Positions 35,940 through 44,361 of a DNA stretch of 64,000 nt are shown here, one piece after another. The first letter of the stretch is position 1. Each line of letters opens with the position of its first letter. Position numbers and translations under genes: made by a program. The DNA comes from a virus. Lineage: Duplodnaviria; Heunggongvirae; Uroviricota; Caudoviricetes. The DNA is taken from IMG/VR virus record IMGVR_UViG_3300035678_000001; one strand, given 5' to 3'. Under the pieces are notes generated by a model. That model did no database searches. It saw nothing but the letters and a program-made list of their open reading frames with translations, and was not told the origin of the DNA.

Positions 35940-36163
35940 GAGGCGTTGAAGCGCATGTAGACCACGGGCGTCTGGCCGATCAGGTCGTCGGTCATCTCGG
36001 TGTTGCGCAGCGCGTTGACGACAGCCTGGCCGAGGTCACGCAGGAACTCGTCCTTGGGTCGCACGAGGTTGAAGCGGTTGATCCAGATGTGGTTGTCCTT
36101 GGCCTGCTGCACGATCTCCTCGGGCGTGTGCTCGCCCTCGCGCTTGCCCTGGCCCTCGGGCAT
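35936..36163 (-). CDS. Hypothetical protein
   Basis: Coupled ORF. Confidence 0.5.
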   Translation of the reverse strand: MPEGQGKREGEHTPEEIVQQAKDNHIWINRFNLVRPKDEFLRDLGQAVVNALRNTEMTDDLIGQTPVVYMRFNAS

Positions 36164-36173
36164 CCCGCCGATG

Positions 36174-36503
36174 TCAGACGGTGGCACTGGCTTCCTCCGG
36201 TGGGTTCTCGTTGAGTGCCCGAGCCATCGCCTTGGCCTCATCCAGAGCGCCGGTCACGGCGTGTACGCGGTCACCGTTGGCGGTGTCCACGATGGCGATG
36301 TTGGCGCCCTGCTCGCGGGCCACGAAGCGGCCAGGTGCGGGTTCGGGCTCTGGGGTCGGCTCGGGCTCGGGCGCGGCCTCCTTCGACGCCTGCGACTTGT
36401 GGGCGTTGCAGTAGTCGCCAGCAGTGGAGACGAACCGCTTGCACGGCGAGCCGTCCTTGTTGGTCCCTGCGCAGTTGGGCTGCTCGGTCACGTCGTCGGT
36501 CAT
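36174..36503 (-). CDS. Hypothetical protein with N-terminal C-x-G-x-x-K-x-G-x-x-C...YC-x-x-H finger
   Basis: AAGGAG RBS; PEPEP linker. Confidence 0.65.
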   Translation of the reverse strand: MTDDVTEQPNCAGTNKDGSPCKRFVSTAGDYCNAHKSQASKEAAPEPEPTPEPEPAPGRFVAREQGANIAIVDTANGDRVHAVTGALDEAKAMARALNENPPEEASATV

Positions 36504-36528
36504 CGGTGCTCCTTGGTCGGGGCGCTCA

Positions 36529-36969
36529 TCATCCCTTGTTCAACTCGCGCAGTTCGCGTTCGAGGTGAGCCCGGCGCGATGCGACGGCCTGTTGCTCCTG
36601 CGCTCGCTTCCAGCGGTCGTAGGACTCGGCCTCCTCGGGAGTGGCGTCCCGCATCGAGGCGAAGTGCAGGTTGGCCTTGGCGCTGTCGCCGTCGCCGTAC
36701 GAGCCCGGCTCGATGCCGACCTCGACCTCGATGTACGGCTCGGGCATCCCGCGAGCCAGGAACTCGCCCACGGTCTGACGGATCAGCGCGACGAACTCCT
36801 CGGCGTTCTTCGGCAGCGCCTCCACGTCAGTGCGGTCGTGCATCACCACGACGTGCTTGTAGACGTAGCGACTGGGCCGCGACTTCGCCCGGTCCACCAT
36901 GACCTGCACGCCACCGGGGTGGATGGGCAGGTGGTGGTTGGCGTCCGGTACGTGCTCGAACTCGGTCAC
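36529..36969 (-). CDS. Hypothetical protein
   Basis: GTGA coupling, GGAG RBS. Confidence 0.6.
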   Translation of the reverse strand: MTEFEHVPDANHHLPIHPGGVQVMVDRAKSRPSRYVYKHVVVMHDRTDVEALPKNAEEFVALIRQTVGEFLARGMPEPYIEVEVGIEPGSYGDGDSAKANLHFASMRDATPEEAESYDRWKRAQEQQAVASRRAHLERELRELNKG

Positions 36970-37307
36970 GAGGGATCTCCATACCAGTCGTCGGTCCAGT
37001 GCAGCAGCGCCACGTCCTCGATCACAGCGCGAGCGTTCTGCTTGCACTCGGTGCAGCGCAGGATGACCACGGCTGGCTCGGTGGGGTTCTCCCAGCCCTC
37101 GATCTCCGGCTCGGCCACGATCTCGGCGTGACCACACCGCTCCTTGCGCTCCCTCTCGACGGCCTGCCTCTGCCATGCGCGCCAGCGGCTGTAGTGGCTG
37201 CGCTCCCGGTCGCGCCCACTGGCGCAGCACGGTGTGCCCGGCTGCTGATGGCACGTCGGGCAGACGACCTCCTGGGCCATCTTGCTGCTCGTCTCGGAGA
37301 GCGGCAT
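36966..37307 (-). CDS. Zinc-finger protein (CPTC...PGTPC...H-x-x-R)
   Basis: Motif typical of actinophage small Zn fingers. Confidence 0.6.
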   Translation of the reverse strand: MPLSETSSKMAQEVVCPTCHQQPGTPCCASGRDRERSHYSRWRAWQRQAVERERKERCGHAEIVAEPEIEGWENPTEPAVVILRCTECKQNARAVIEDVALLHWTDDWYGDPS

Positions 37308-37480
37308 CAGGACTCCCACTCGGCGCTGACGAACGTGCCGGTGATGCGGTTGCGGCTGGCGAACGTCTCGCCGGGCGCGAAGGTGTCGATCTCGTCGCCC
37401 AGCAGGTCGTCCACGACCTCGTGCGGGTCGTGCAGGCTCGGCGGCACATCCACGTCGAGCACGATGACGAGTCGGGCCAT
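37307..37480 (-). CDS. Hypothetical protein
   Basis: TAATG coupling, GGAGGAGG RBS. Confidence 0.6.
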   Translation of the reverse strand: MARLVIVLDVDVPPSLHDPHEVVDDLLGDEIDTFAPGETFASRNRITGTFVSAEWES

Positions 37481-37791
37481 TAGCCCTCCTCCTCCATCTG
37501 CTTCGGGCTGGCCCACTTGTCGTACGAGCGGAGCAGGCCGGTGATGGTGTCAGCCGTGTACCACGTGTCGATGACGACGGCTCCGGTGCAGACCTGCTTG
37601 TTCAGCGAGCCGTCGCCCTTGTCGAACATCAGGATGACGACGCTGCCGTCCTCCTGAACGCCTGTGGTCACCGGCCACATGGCCTGGCGACGACCCTTCG
37701 CTGCGAAGTCCCGAGCGGGCCTGCCGATGGCCTCGGCGGGGGTGATCTCGGAGCCGTCCGGCAGGGTGATCTTCTCGGTCACGTCGTACAT
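37480..37791 (-). CDS. Hypothetical protein
   Basis: TGATG coupling. Confidence 0.6.
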   Translation of the reverse strand: MYDVTEKITLPDGSEITPAEAIGRPARDFAAKGRRQAMWPVTTGVQEDGSVVILMFDKGDGSLNKQVCTGAVVIDTWYTADTITGLLRSYDKWASPKQMEEEG

Positions 37792-38057
37792 CAGATTCCT
37801 TCGGTGTGCAGTTCGTGGGACGCGGTGGCGTACTGGTTCAGCCGCTTGAGGTTGGACTGCATCGCCTCGCCCAGCGTCAGGTAGTCGTCCAGCGGGATGG
37901 CCGCGAGTCGCTCCATCGCGGCGGGTGCTTCGAGGTCACCGATGTCGGTGATCTGCAAGGCGTACGTCGCCAGCCGTCGTACGGCACGCAAGTGCGACAG
38001 CGCCTTGCGGGCGTCCTGCTCGGACGGCTTGATCTCGACCTTCGGTGCCGGGCTCAC
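37791..38057 (-). CDS. Helical hypothetical protein
   Basis: GTGA coupling. Confidence 0.6.
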   Translation of the reverse strand: MSPAPKVEIKPSEQDARKALSHLRAVRRLATYALQITDIGDLEAPAAMERLAAIPLDDYLTLGEAMQSNLKRLNQYATASHELHTEGI

Positions 38058-38365
38058 GCCTTCTGCCCTCGGTCCTCGCACCAGCGCACGATGGTCGTGC
38101 AGTGGACGCTCGGGATCGCGTCCCAGTGCAGGTCGTAGCCCAGCGACAGGTCAGCGGGCACCTCGGGGGCGATGGACACCTGGGCTCGCCGTTCGCCCAG
38201 CCTGCCGTCTGCCTTGTAGGTGGCGCCGTACGCCGTGACCTCCATCAGGCGCCCGTCCTGGCACTCGGCCAGCAGCCGGTCCACCTGCATCTTGCCGCCG
38301 TTGACCGGGAGGTCGAAGCGGCTGTTCTCGGGGATGCGGATGGTGAGGGCGAGTTCCTCGCTCAT
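38054..38365 (-). CDS. Hypothetical protein
   Basis: Coupled ORF. Confidence 0.55.
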   Translation of the reverse strand: MSEELALTIRIPENSRFDLPVNGGKMQVDRLLAECQDGRLMEVTAYGATYKADGRLGERRAQVSIAPEVPADLSLGYDLHWDAIPSVHCTTIVRWCEDRGQKA

Positions 38366-38373
38366 GCTGCCGG

Positions 38374-38562
38374 TCACTTCGCACCCACCCGGACGACACA
38401 CTTCTCGCCGGTCGCTGTGAGGACCGTGGCGTGCTTGGGGCTGTACGGGTAGATGCCCGTCACGAGGCCGCTGACGATGCGGGCCGGACGTGCCAGGTGG
38501 AACTGGTCGTCGTCCTGGCAGACGCGCCCGATGACGCGATCACCGAAGTCGAGCGCCTTCAC
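38374..38562 (-). CDS. Small beta-barrel-like hypothetical protein
   Basis: GTGA coupling. Confidence 0.5.
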   Translation of the reverse strand: MKALDFGDRVIGRVCQDDDQFHLARPARIVSGLVTGIYPYSPKHATVLTATGEKCVVRVGAK

Positions 38563-38837
38563 TGGTTGTCCAGACCGAGCAGGTCGTTGACGAGGTGCAT
38601 CAGCGTGCTGGTGTGGTTCAGCGCCGCGCAGCGGGCGTACTCCTCGCGGACGGCAGCGAGTGCGTCGTTGGAGAGAGCGACGAAGGTGACGCTGTGCTCG
38701 GCCTCGTGGCGCCGCAAGATCAGGTCTGGCGAACCAAGGCGGTGCTCGACGCTGCCCCACGACTCGTCACCCTCGGGGATCTTGGCAAGGAGGACGGCGG
38801 GGTGGTCGTAGATGGTGGTGAGGTCGGTGGACTCCAT
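38559..38837 (-). CDS. Hypothetical protein, first gene after an early promoter
   Basis: AGGAG RBS downstream of the promoter at 38873-38902. Confidence 0.65.
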   Translation of the reverse strand: MESTDLTTIYDHPAVLLAKIPEGDESWGSVEHRLGSPDLILRRHEAEHSVTFVALSNDALAAVREEYARCAALNHTSTLMHLVNDLLGLDNQ

Positions 38838-38872
38838 GACGCTCCTGGCTTGTGGGTGGCTCTGACCCGCAC

Positions 38873-38902
38873 ACGGTACTACAAGGATCTCCGGTAGCGC
38901 AA
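38873..38902 (-). promoter_or_regulatory. SigA-like promoter TTGCGC-N18-TACCGT with operator-like spacer
   Basis: Member of a repeated promoter family; followed by the GTCAGAGCCACCCAC leader. Confidence 0.7.
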
Positions 38903-38904
38903 CG

Positions 38905-38940
38905 GAGAGGCCCGACCCCGTGGTGGGGGCCGGGCCTCTC
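38905..38940 (-). terminator. GC-rich hairpin (GAGAGGCCCG...CGGGCCTCTC)
   Basis: 10-bp perfect outer stem directly upstream of a promoter. Confidence 0.65.
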
Positions 38941-38992
38941 ACTAGGTAGGAAGTGCAGTCATGTGAACGTCAGGCGCAACAAGGGCTTGCAG

Positions 38993-39160
38993 TCAAGCGG
39001 GGCGCGTCTCGACCTCGCCCCACCACAGGCGCCTCGATGTGGGCACGGACGGGTCGTGCCTCTGCGCTCTAACCTGCTCGTCTCTGCGGGCTGTTGCTGG
39101 CCCGAGCAGGGACAGTGCGGCCACCATGAGCAGCAGCACCGTCAACGTCAGGACGACCAC
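38993..39160 (-). CDS. Possible 55-aa membrane peptide (MVVLTLTVLLLMVAALSLLG...)
   Basis: Clear TM segment; overlaps the 3' end of 39069..39443 in another frame. Confidence 0.45.
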   Translation of the reverse strand: MVVLTLTVLLLMVAALSLLGPATARRDEQVRAQRHDPSVPTSRRLWWGEVETRPA

Positions 39161-39443
39161 GTGATCGTTCTACGCCTCGAAGCGGCGTAGCGGTAGCCCC
39201 CACACAGACCTTCTTGTGCTGGTCGAGGATCAGCGCCCGCAGGTCGGCTCGCTTGACCATGATGATCGTCCGGGGCTCGTAGAACCACGAGCACGTCGGG
39301 CAGCGCAGCGCGTACTGGCTCGGCGCCTCATCTTGGTCGGCGTGCCACCGCTCGTGGGCCACGGCGACAGAGCGCATCGCGTCGGTGAGGATCGCGTTGC
39401 GCTCGATGATGCCGCAGTCAGTGCAGCGGAGGATCGTCGCCAT
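39069..39443 (-). CDS. Double zinc-finger-like protein (CxxC...H-x3-H twice)
   Basis: LRCTDC...HERWH; LRCPTC...QHKKVC. Confidence 0.55.
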   Translation of the reverse strand: MATILRCTDCGIIERNAILTDAMRSVAVAHERWHADQDEAPSQYALRCPTCSWFYEPRTIIMVKRADLRALILDQHKKVCVGATATPLRGVERSRGRPDVDGAAAHGGRTVPARASNSPQRRAG

Positions 39444-39521
39444 GTCGTCGCCATGATGATGGGTCGAGCAGCGCAACGCACCAGGGTTCGTGCGGGTCGT
39501 CGCCGCAGTTGCAGTCCGGCG

Positions 39522-39719
39522 TCAGTGATGCGCGTGCTGCGGGTACAGCCCGTCGCTCGTCCACTTCACGTTGTCGCCCGTCTCGATGCGCACGCCACAG
39601 GTGTGACAAGGCGCGGGCCACTTGGCCTCCCACGTCGGCACACCTTCCCTTGGAGCGGGCTTGCATGTGCCGCACTGGTTGACCAGCAGGTCGTGGATAC
39701 AGCGCACCTCGTCAGTCAT
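39522..39719 (-). CDS. Small Zn-binding protein
   Basis: CIHDL...CGTC; AKWPAPCHTCG. Confidence 0.6.
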   Translation of the reverse strand: MTDEVRCIHDLLVNQCGTCKPAPREGVPTWEAKWPAPCHTCGVRIETGDNVKWTSDGLYPQHAHH

Positions 39720-39867
39720 CAGTGCCCTTCGCTGTTCGCAGTTCGGTGATGCGGCGCTCCAAGGTGGCGTTGCGCATCGCGAGCCGGTGGTTCTCCTCGG
39801 TCAGTACCCGCACCCGCTCGTACAGCGCCTGTGCGTCCAGTTCGCCATCGGCGTGCGGCAGTGTCAC
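39712..39867 (-). CDS. Small coiled-coil protein (MTLPHADGELDAQALYERV...)
   Basis: GTGA coupling; not in the ORF track. Confidence 0.5.
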   Translation of the reverse strand: MTLPHADGELDAQALYERVRVLTEENHRLAMRNATLERRITELRTAKGTDD

Positions 39868-40058
39868 TGGAACTCCGGGTAGAGCCCTTGAAGCATCTGC
39901 TCCTCGCGGCGCTTGAGGGCGACGTGGCCCGAGATGTGCAACGAGCCGTCGCCAGGCAACTCGCTGTGCTCGGTGAGGTCAGACAGGTATCTGTGCAGGA
40001 TCTTGCCCAGTGCCTTGAGTTGCTTCTCGGTCGGCTCCGGCGGCAAGTCCCTGGGCAC
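39864..40058 (-). CDS. Hypothetical protein
   Basis: GGAG RBS; coupled. Confidence 0.55.
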   Translation of the reverse strand: MPRDLPPEPTEKQLKALGKILHRYLSDLTEHSELPGDGSLHISGHVALKRREEQMLQGLYPEFQ

Positions 40059-40419
40059 TGATGGCTCTCCTTCTGGTCAAGATGATCTCGGCGGCTGCCC
40101 ACATGGCCGAAGGCACGTCGATGCTGTCAGGCATGGCCTCCATCAGCGTCATGATGAGCCGCCGGTCGAACTCGCGCTCCTCCTTCGAGGGGTAGGTGTC
40201 CGGCATCCGCCGGTACTCCTTGCCCGCCTCGGTGACGGCCTCACCGCGCTGACTGTTCACCCACGCACCTGCTTCCTCGCGGTCGTGGAACGACGACATC
40301 GACACGCTCATGACGTAGAGCGGGTGCAGGTTGTCGTTGTAGCGGTCGAGCACGCCCCAGTGGCGTCCATCGTGCGTGACGTAGCCGACCCAGCGGCCAG
40401 GCGGATCGGGCTCGGTCAT
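39979..40419 (-). CDS. Hypothetical protein
   Basis: ATGA coupling; 3' end overlaps the next gene. Confidence 0.5.
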   Translation of the reverse strand: MTEPDPPGRWVGYVTHDGRHWGVLDRYNDNLHPLYVMSVSMSSFHDREEAGAWVNSQRGEAVTEAGKEYRRMPDTYPSKEEREFDRRLIMTLMEAMPDSIDVPSAMWAAAEIILTRRRAISAQGLAAGADREATQGTGQDPAQIPV

Positions 40420-40754
40420 CCGAAGTCTCGCAGCGCGTTGGGCTGCCACGAGCAGGCGTTCAGCAGCGGCGAGCAGTCCGGGATGTTGTGGACCGGGCAG
40501 CGGGGTGGGGCGCTCACGTCACGCAGCGTTGGCAGTGGCTGCTTGCCCTCCCGCTCGGCCACCGCGTTGATGGCGTCCTTGGCGGCGATCAGGTACTCGC
40601 GGCTCGGCGTCTTGGTGATCTCCTGGCCGGGCATGTAGGTCGCCCACACGGCGTCTTGGAGGTGGCGCGGCACCATCTTCCAGTGCTTGCCGCACATCAG
40701 CATCCGGGGCGGCACGTTGCGCTTGCAGTCACGGGCATGGCACTCGTGCGCCAT
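40416..40754 (-). CDS. Small Cys/His protein (CHARDC...LMCGKHW)
   Basis: Motif recalled from many phages; GGGAG RBS. Confidence 0.65.
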   Translation of the reverse strand: MAHECHARDCKRNVPPRMLMCGKHWKMVPRHLQDAVWATYMPGQEITKTPSREYLIAAKDAINAVAEREGKQPLPTLRDVSAPPRCPVHNIPDCSPLLNACSWQPNALRDFG

Positions 40755-40852
40755 CAGCGTCCTCCCCGATGCGACCAGAGCAGCCCGGCGATCCCCATGA
40801 GTGTCACAGCGGCGCCGGTCGAAACACCAAGGAAGAACGACAGCGGGTCCAT
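40754..40852 (-). CDS. 32-aa membrane peptide
   Basis: Hydrophobic; TGATG coupling on both sides. Confidence 0.55.
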   Translation of the reverse strand: MDPLSFFLGVSTGAAVTLMGIAGLLWSHRGGR

Positions 40853-41271
40853 CAGCGGGAGGCCCACCACGTCTGCGCCCGGTCGCGCACTCGGATGGCT
40901 GTGGGCTTGGCGCGCTCCTTGGCCCGCTCGACGGCCAGCAGTGCCTTGGTCACCGTGGTGAGCACCGGGCTGTCGATGACCTTGGCGATGCGCTGCTGGT
41001 TGCGCCGGGCGGTGTGCTGGATCACCCAGTCCTGCACGGAGGGATCGTTGCGCTCGGACAGCAAGATGCCCTCGAAGATGCTGACCTCGCCACCATCCAA
41101 GCGGGCCTGCTTGCGGGCCGTCTCGTCGTGCAGGAGTCGCTCCTGGCCCTCGGGCGGCAGTGGCACCTCGGCCTGCTCGCGCAGCACAGCGATGTCGCGC
41201 AGGGGCGGACCCTCCACCCATGCCTGCTCGGTGGTGATGTCCTCGCGGAAGGTGTAGCCGAGCACGCTCAT
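40852..41271 (-). CDS. Hypothetical protein
   Basis: ATGA coupling. Confidence 0.6.
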   Translation of the reverse strand: MSVLGYTFREDITTEQAWVEGPPLRDIAVLREQAEVPLPPEGQERLLHDETARKQARLDGGEVSIFEGILLSERNDPSVQDWVIQHTARRNQQRIAKVIDSPVLTTVTKALLAVERAKERAKPTAIRVRDRAQTWWASR

Positions 41272-41729
41272 CCTTCGATCCCCTCGATGGTGTCGGGGAC
41301 ACGCTGTCCCCCACGGAGCAGGCGATGCACTTCGTCGCTGGGGACGTAGTGCGCTTCCCAGTTGGGCACGTCTCGCCCGGCGTACGTCTCGTGAGTCAGC
41401 ACGGCCTCGATGCGGGCCTCCAACTCGCTGTGGTCGGCCACGAGTTGGCGCACGCCCTCGACCACAGGGATGGCACCCATGCCGTCGTACTCGGGCACCT
41501 TCGACAGGATGATCTGCACGTCGCGCAGGGTGTCGATCAGACCGTCGCGCTCGGCAGCGATGGCGAGCAGGTCAGCCTTTGCCATGTCGCGCTCGTTGGA
41601 GATGTGGACGATCTCGTGGCTCATCCCCTCGATCACCGAGCCGTACTCGGTGGCCTTGCGGTGCGCCTCGGTGGTGAGCCCCTTGGCGTACTCGACCCAC
41701 TTCTTGTGGGTCTTGCGCAGCATGAACAT
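41268..41729 (-). CDS. Coiled-coil hypothetical protein
   Basis: Heptad pattern; coupled. Confidence 0.6.
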   Translation of the reverse strand: MFMLRKTHKKWVEYAKGLTTEAHRKATEYGSVIEGMSHEIVHISNERDMAKADLLAIAAERDGLIDTLRDVQIILSKVPEYDGMGAIPVVEGVRQLVADHSELEARIEAVLTHETYAGRDVPNWEAHYVPSDEVHRLLRGGQRVPDTIEGIEG

Positions 41730-41980
41730 CAGAGCCCCGCTCTCGACTGGCGCTTGCGTGCATGGTCACGGTCGTGCGCCTTGGCGTCCCAAACGACAGA
41801 GCCGCAGTCACGGCAGCCCACCAGAGGCATGGCAGCGGACGCACCCATCGACTTGCCGTCCGCACTGACCCACTGCACCGGCTGGGTTGGCACCTCGATG
41901 TAGCGCCCGCGAGGCGGGGTGCTGTCGTCCACGTCGTAGTCCTTGAGCAGGTCGTTGATCTTCTCCACCGGGTCACTCAC
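41729..41980 (-). CDS. Small Zn-finger-like protein (CRDCG...HDRDH)
   Basis: Coupled ORF. Confidence 0.55.
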   Translation of the reverse strand: MSDPVEKINDLLKDYDVDDSTPPRGRYIEVPTQPVQWVSADGKSMGASAAMPLVGCRDCGSVVWDAKAHDRDHARKRQSRAGL

Positions 41981-42152
41981 CGAAGACCTCCGCAGCGAAC
42001 CAGCCGACCGGGCAGAACAGCAGCGCGGCAGCCACGGCCATGTCGCCCCACACGTCGTTGCCTGGTGTGTAGACAGCCAGGAACACGAAGGCCACGAAGG
42101 AGCAGATGAGGCCGAACAGCAGTAGCGCCGTCAGGAAGGCGAAGAACCTCAC
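41973..42152 (-). CDS. Two-TM membrane protein (59 aa)
   Basis: MRFFAFLTALLLFGLICSFVAFVFLAVY...; GTGA coupling; not in the ORF track. Confidence 0.6.
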   Translation of the reverse strand: MRFFAFLTALLLFGLICSFVAFVFLAVYTPGNDVWGDMAVAAALLFCPVGWFAAEVFGE

Positions 42153-42337
42153 GAGCCCCAGCCCATCCCGTCCCTGATCGTGCAGAGCGCCTGCCCGGTG
42201 ACCTTCTCCCAGCGGTCCTGCTCCTCGCGGTCCTTGAAGTCGCGGGTCGGCAGGATCACCAGCATCGTGTCGGCCTTGAACTCGACAGTGGTGCCCTCGT
42301 GGTGCGTCACGTCAGGCAGGTCGAGCACGAGCCTCAT
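42149..42337 (-). CDS. Hypothetical protein
   Basis: ATGA coupling. Confidence 0.55.
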   Translation of the reverse strand: MRLVLDLPDVTHHEGTTVEFKADTMLVILPTRDFKDREEQDRWEKVTGQALCTIRDGMGWGS

Positions 42338-42816
42338 GCCTCGATGGCCTTCCTTGTGGCGCTGGGCGGCAGCAACTTGCCCGGCATCCCGCCGGTCCGG
42401 TACGCCTTCTCGATCTCGGGGAGCAGGTGGTCAGCAACAGTGCCGCCATCAGGCAGCACGATGTGCGCCATGAACTCCTCCTCGAAGGTCGTGATCCCCG
42501 TCTCGACGGCTTCCAACTTCGCCTTGATTGCGAGGAGTAAAGCACGCCATCTTGTACGGAGGACTTGTTCGTACGCCTCCTGTGCGGCCTTCTCGGTGCG
42601 ACTTCTACCGCCGGGTGACGTGTAGAACTTCGGGTCGTTCTCGTCAGGAAGTGGCAGGAGAAACTTGATGTGCCTGTCGTGCGCACGGAAGGCAACCATC
42701 GCCTGGTTTCCCTCCCACCCGTACATGAAGCCGTTGGCTCCGTACTTGCGCAGCGTCTCGCTGATCTGCGACTGCGACTTCTCCGGGGAGACAGTGGTGT
42801 TCTCGGCGTAGACCAT
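42334..42816 (-). CDS. Widespread phage hypothetical protein (YAENTTVS...RWRALLLAIKAKLEAV)
   Basis: Recognisable conserved family of unknown function; TGATG coupling. Confidence 0.75.
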   Translation of the reverse strand: MVYAENTTVSPEKSQSQISETLRKYGANGFMYGWEGNQAMVAFRAHDRHIKFLLPLPDENDPKFYTSPGGRSRTEKAAQEAYEQVLRTRWRALLLAIKAKLEAVETGITTFEEEFMAHIVLPDGGTVADHLLPEIEKAYRTGGMPGKLLPPSATRKAIEA

Positions 42817-43133
42817 CAGTGCATCAGGCTCGCAGACTTGTGGGCTCCGGGTGTCTCCAAGATGAGCAACTTGGCGCCCACCTCGTACAGCACGTCGATC
42901 TCTGGGTGCCACCGCTCGATGAGCACCATGAGCGAGATGAGCACGTCGGCGGCTTCCTCACCGAGCGTGCCCTTCCCCGTGGCGCTGGCGGTTCCCACGA
43001 GAGCAAGGACCGCATCCGCGACCTCACCCATCTCGCTGCACCCCTTGAGGGTCACGTGCTCGGGCTTGGCGGCAGGGAACCGCTCCTCGTGCCAGGCGCG
43101 TGCGCGCTGCGCCAGCGCATCCCAGTTGCTCAT
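42816..43133 (-). CDS. MazG-like NTP pyrophosphohydrolase
   Basis: KGCSEMGEVADAV...LGEEAADVL all-alpha E-x-x-E...E-x-x-D motif. Confidence 0.75.
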   Translation of the reverse strand: MSNWDALAQRARAWHEERFPAAKPEHVTLKGCSEMGEVADAVLALVGTASATGKGTLGEEAADVLISLMVLIERWHPEIDVLYEVGAKLLILETPGAHKSASLMH

Positions 43134-43336
43134 CGGACGTGGTGGCGGGCCTGGTACGCCTTCGCGCAGTCCGGGCAGGTGTCCACCTCGGTGCTGCCGG
43201 TGGGCTTGTCCCCCGGCTTGAACTGCACGCCGCAGAAGGACTCGACAGTCCCGCCCGAGGCACGTGCAGCCATCACCAGGGCCAGCGCGGTGTTGCCGAC
43301 CTGCGGCTTGGCGATGTGGTTGGGCGTGGTGGTCAC
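43130..43336 (-). CDS. DUF3039-like small metal-binding protein
   Basis: H...VESFCG...CPDCAKAY resembles the actinobacterial DUF3039 pattern. Confidence 0.6.
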   Translation of the reverse strand: MTTTPNHIAKPQVGNTALALVMAARASGGTVESFCGVQFKPGDKPTGSTEVDTCPDCAKAYQARHHVR

Positions 43337-43542
43337 GGGTGGCTCCTGACGAGGGTGGGCTCGCATGTGGCGGCGGCGATCTGGTCGGTGCGCCGGTCGA
43401 TCACGCCGAACTCCATCCACGGCGTCTGGTACTTGAACTCCCACATCCTGCGCTTGGCGAACCAGAGCCAGCGGTGTCGGGTGAGGGTGCCATGCGGTGC
43501 GCCGATCAGGCGGCTACCGAAGGACACGACGGTCCACCTCAC
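43333..43542 (-). CDS. Trp-rich hypothetical protein
   Basis: GTGA coupling. Confidence 0.5.
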   Translation of the reverse strand: MRWTVVSFGSRLIGAPHGTLTRHRWLWFAKRRMWEFKYQTPWMEFGVIDRRTDQIAAATCEPTLVRSHP

Positions 43543-44027
43543 AGCGCCTTCATCTCAAGCCAGAAGTCGTCCTCGTCCTGACGGATGACCGCGTAGGCCG
43601 GGCTGTCCCAGCCGGTGAAGTCCGTCTCGCGGGCGGCGGTGGTGAACATGCAGCCGATCAGGTTGCCCGTCTCTCGGCAGTTGGACGAGTGCATGATCGT
43701 CCAGCCACCCTGGTCCAGCACGACCACGTGCTCGGTCGGGTGCTGCTTGGTCATCTCGACCGCCCGGTCCCGCACGGACTCCGCGACGTGGCCGACGACG
43801 GGCTCGACCGCTCCCGAGACGTGGATGGCGACCGTGGCGTTGGCCCACTGGGCAGCGGACTGCAAGTCCGTCAGCGCGAGCGACTTCTCGCGGCTCTCCG
43901 GCAGCATCTCGTTGAGCCGGACAGCCAGGTCGGTGAACTTGGCCCGGATCTCCTCGTGCAGTTCGACTGCCAGTCCGAGCGGCGGGTGGTGCTTGAAGCG
44001 GTTGCGGATCTCGTCCTCGGTTGGCAT
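43539..44027 (-). CDS. Acb2/Tad1-like helical hairpin domain fused to a C-terminal H-x-x-x-C domain
   Basis: RFKHH...LPESREKSLALTDLQSAAQWAN resembles the Tad1 S-R-E-x-x-x-A-L-T-x-x-E-x-A-x-x-W-x-N helix. Confidence 0.6.
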   Translation of the reverse strand: MPTEDEIRNRFKHHPPLGLAVELHEEIRAKFTDLAVRLNEMLPESREKSLALTDLQSAAQWANATVAIHVSGAVEPVVGHVAESVRDRAVEMTKQHPTEHVVVLDQGGWTIMHSSNCRETGNLIGCMFTTAARETDFTGWDSPAYAVIRQDEDDFWLEMKAL

Positions 44028-44033
44028 GACGGG

Positions 44034-44062
44034 ACCATACCGAAGATGTCTGTAGTACGCGA
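44034..44062 (-). promoter_or_regulatory. SigA-like promoter (TCGCGT-N17-TATGGT) giving a leaderless mRNA
   Basis: ATG 6 nt after the -10 box; spacer CTACAGACATCTTCGG of the operator family. Confidence 0.6.
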
Positions 44063-44073
44063 GCACCGGGCGA

Positions 44074-44361
44074 CTACGGGCAGAACATGCCCATGTCGTG
44101 CTCGCTCTGGGGCTTGCCGCAGCCCTCACGGGTGCAGATCCCGTCGTCCCGCTTGATCCCGCTCACCAGCCGCTTGACCTCCTCGGCGTGCAGCCGGTCA
44201 CCAGCGGCGTGCCGGGTGGCGTCGATGTCGAAACCCATCTGGGTGAGGCCACGCACGACCTCCTTGGCCTTCGCCATCGGCATCCCGATGATGCCGCCCG
44301 GCTCCTGCACCCCGGCGTTGAACATCGCCACCGCCATCGCCTGCTCGACGGTGTACGTCAC
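44074..44361 (-). CDS. Hypothetical protein
   Basis: GTGA coupling, GGAGG RBS. Confidence 0.6.
   Translation of the reverse strand: MTYTVEQAMAVAMFNAGVQEPGGIIGMPMAKAKEVVRGLTQMGFDIDATRHAAGDRLHAEEVKRLVSGIKRDDGICTREGCGKPQSEHDMGMFCP

Noticed and set aside
38950-39000. TTGACT promoter with micro-ORF MTALPT
   Set aside because: No convincing TANNNT at 17-18 nt; the ORF is only 6 codons
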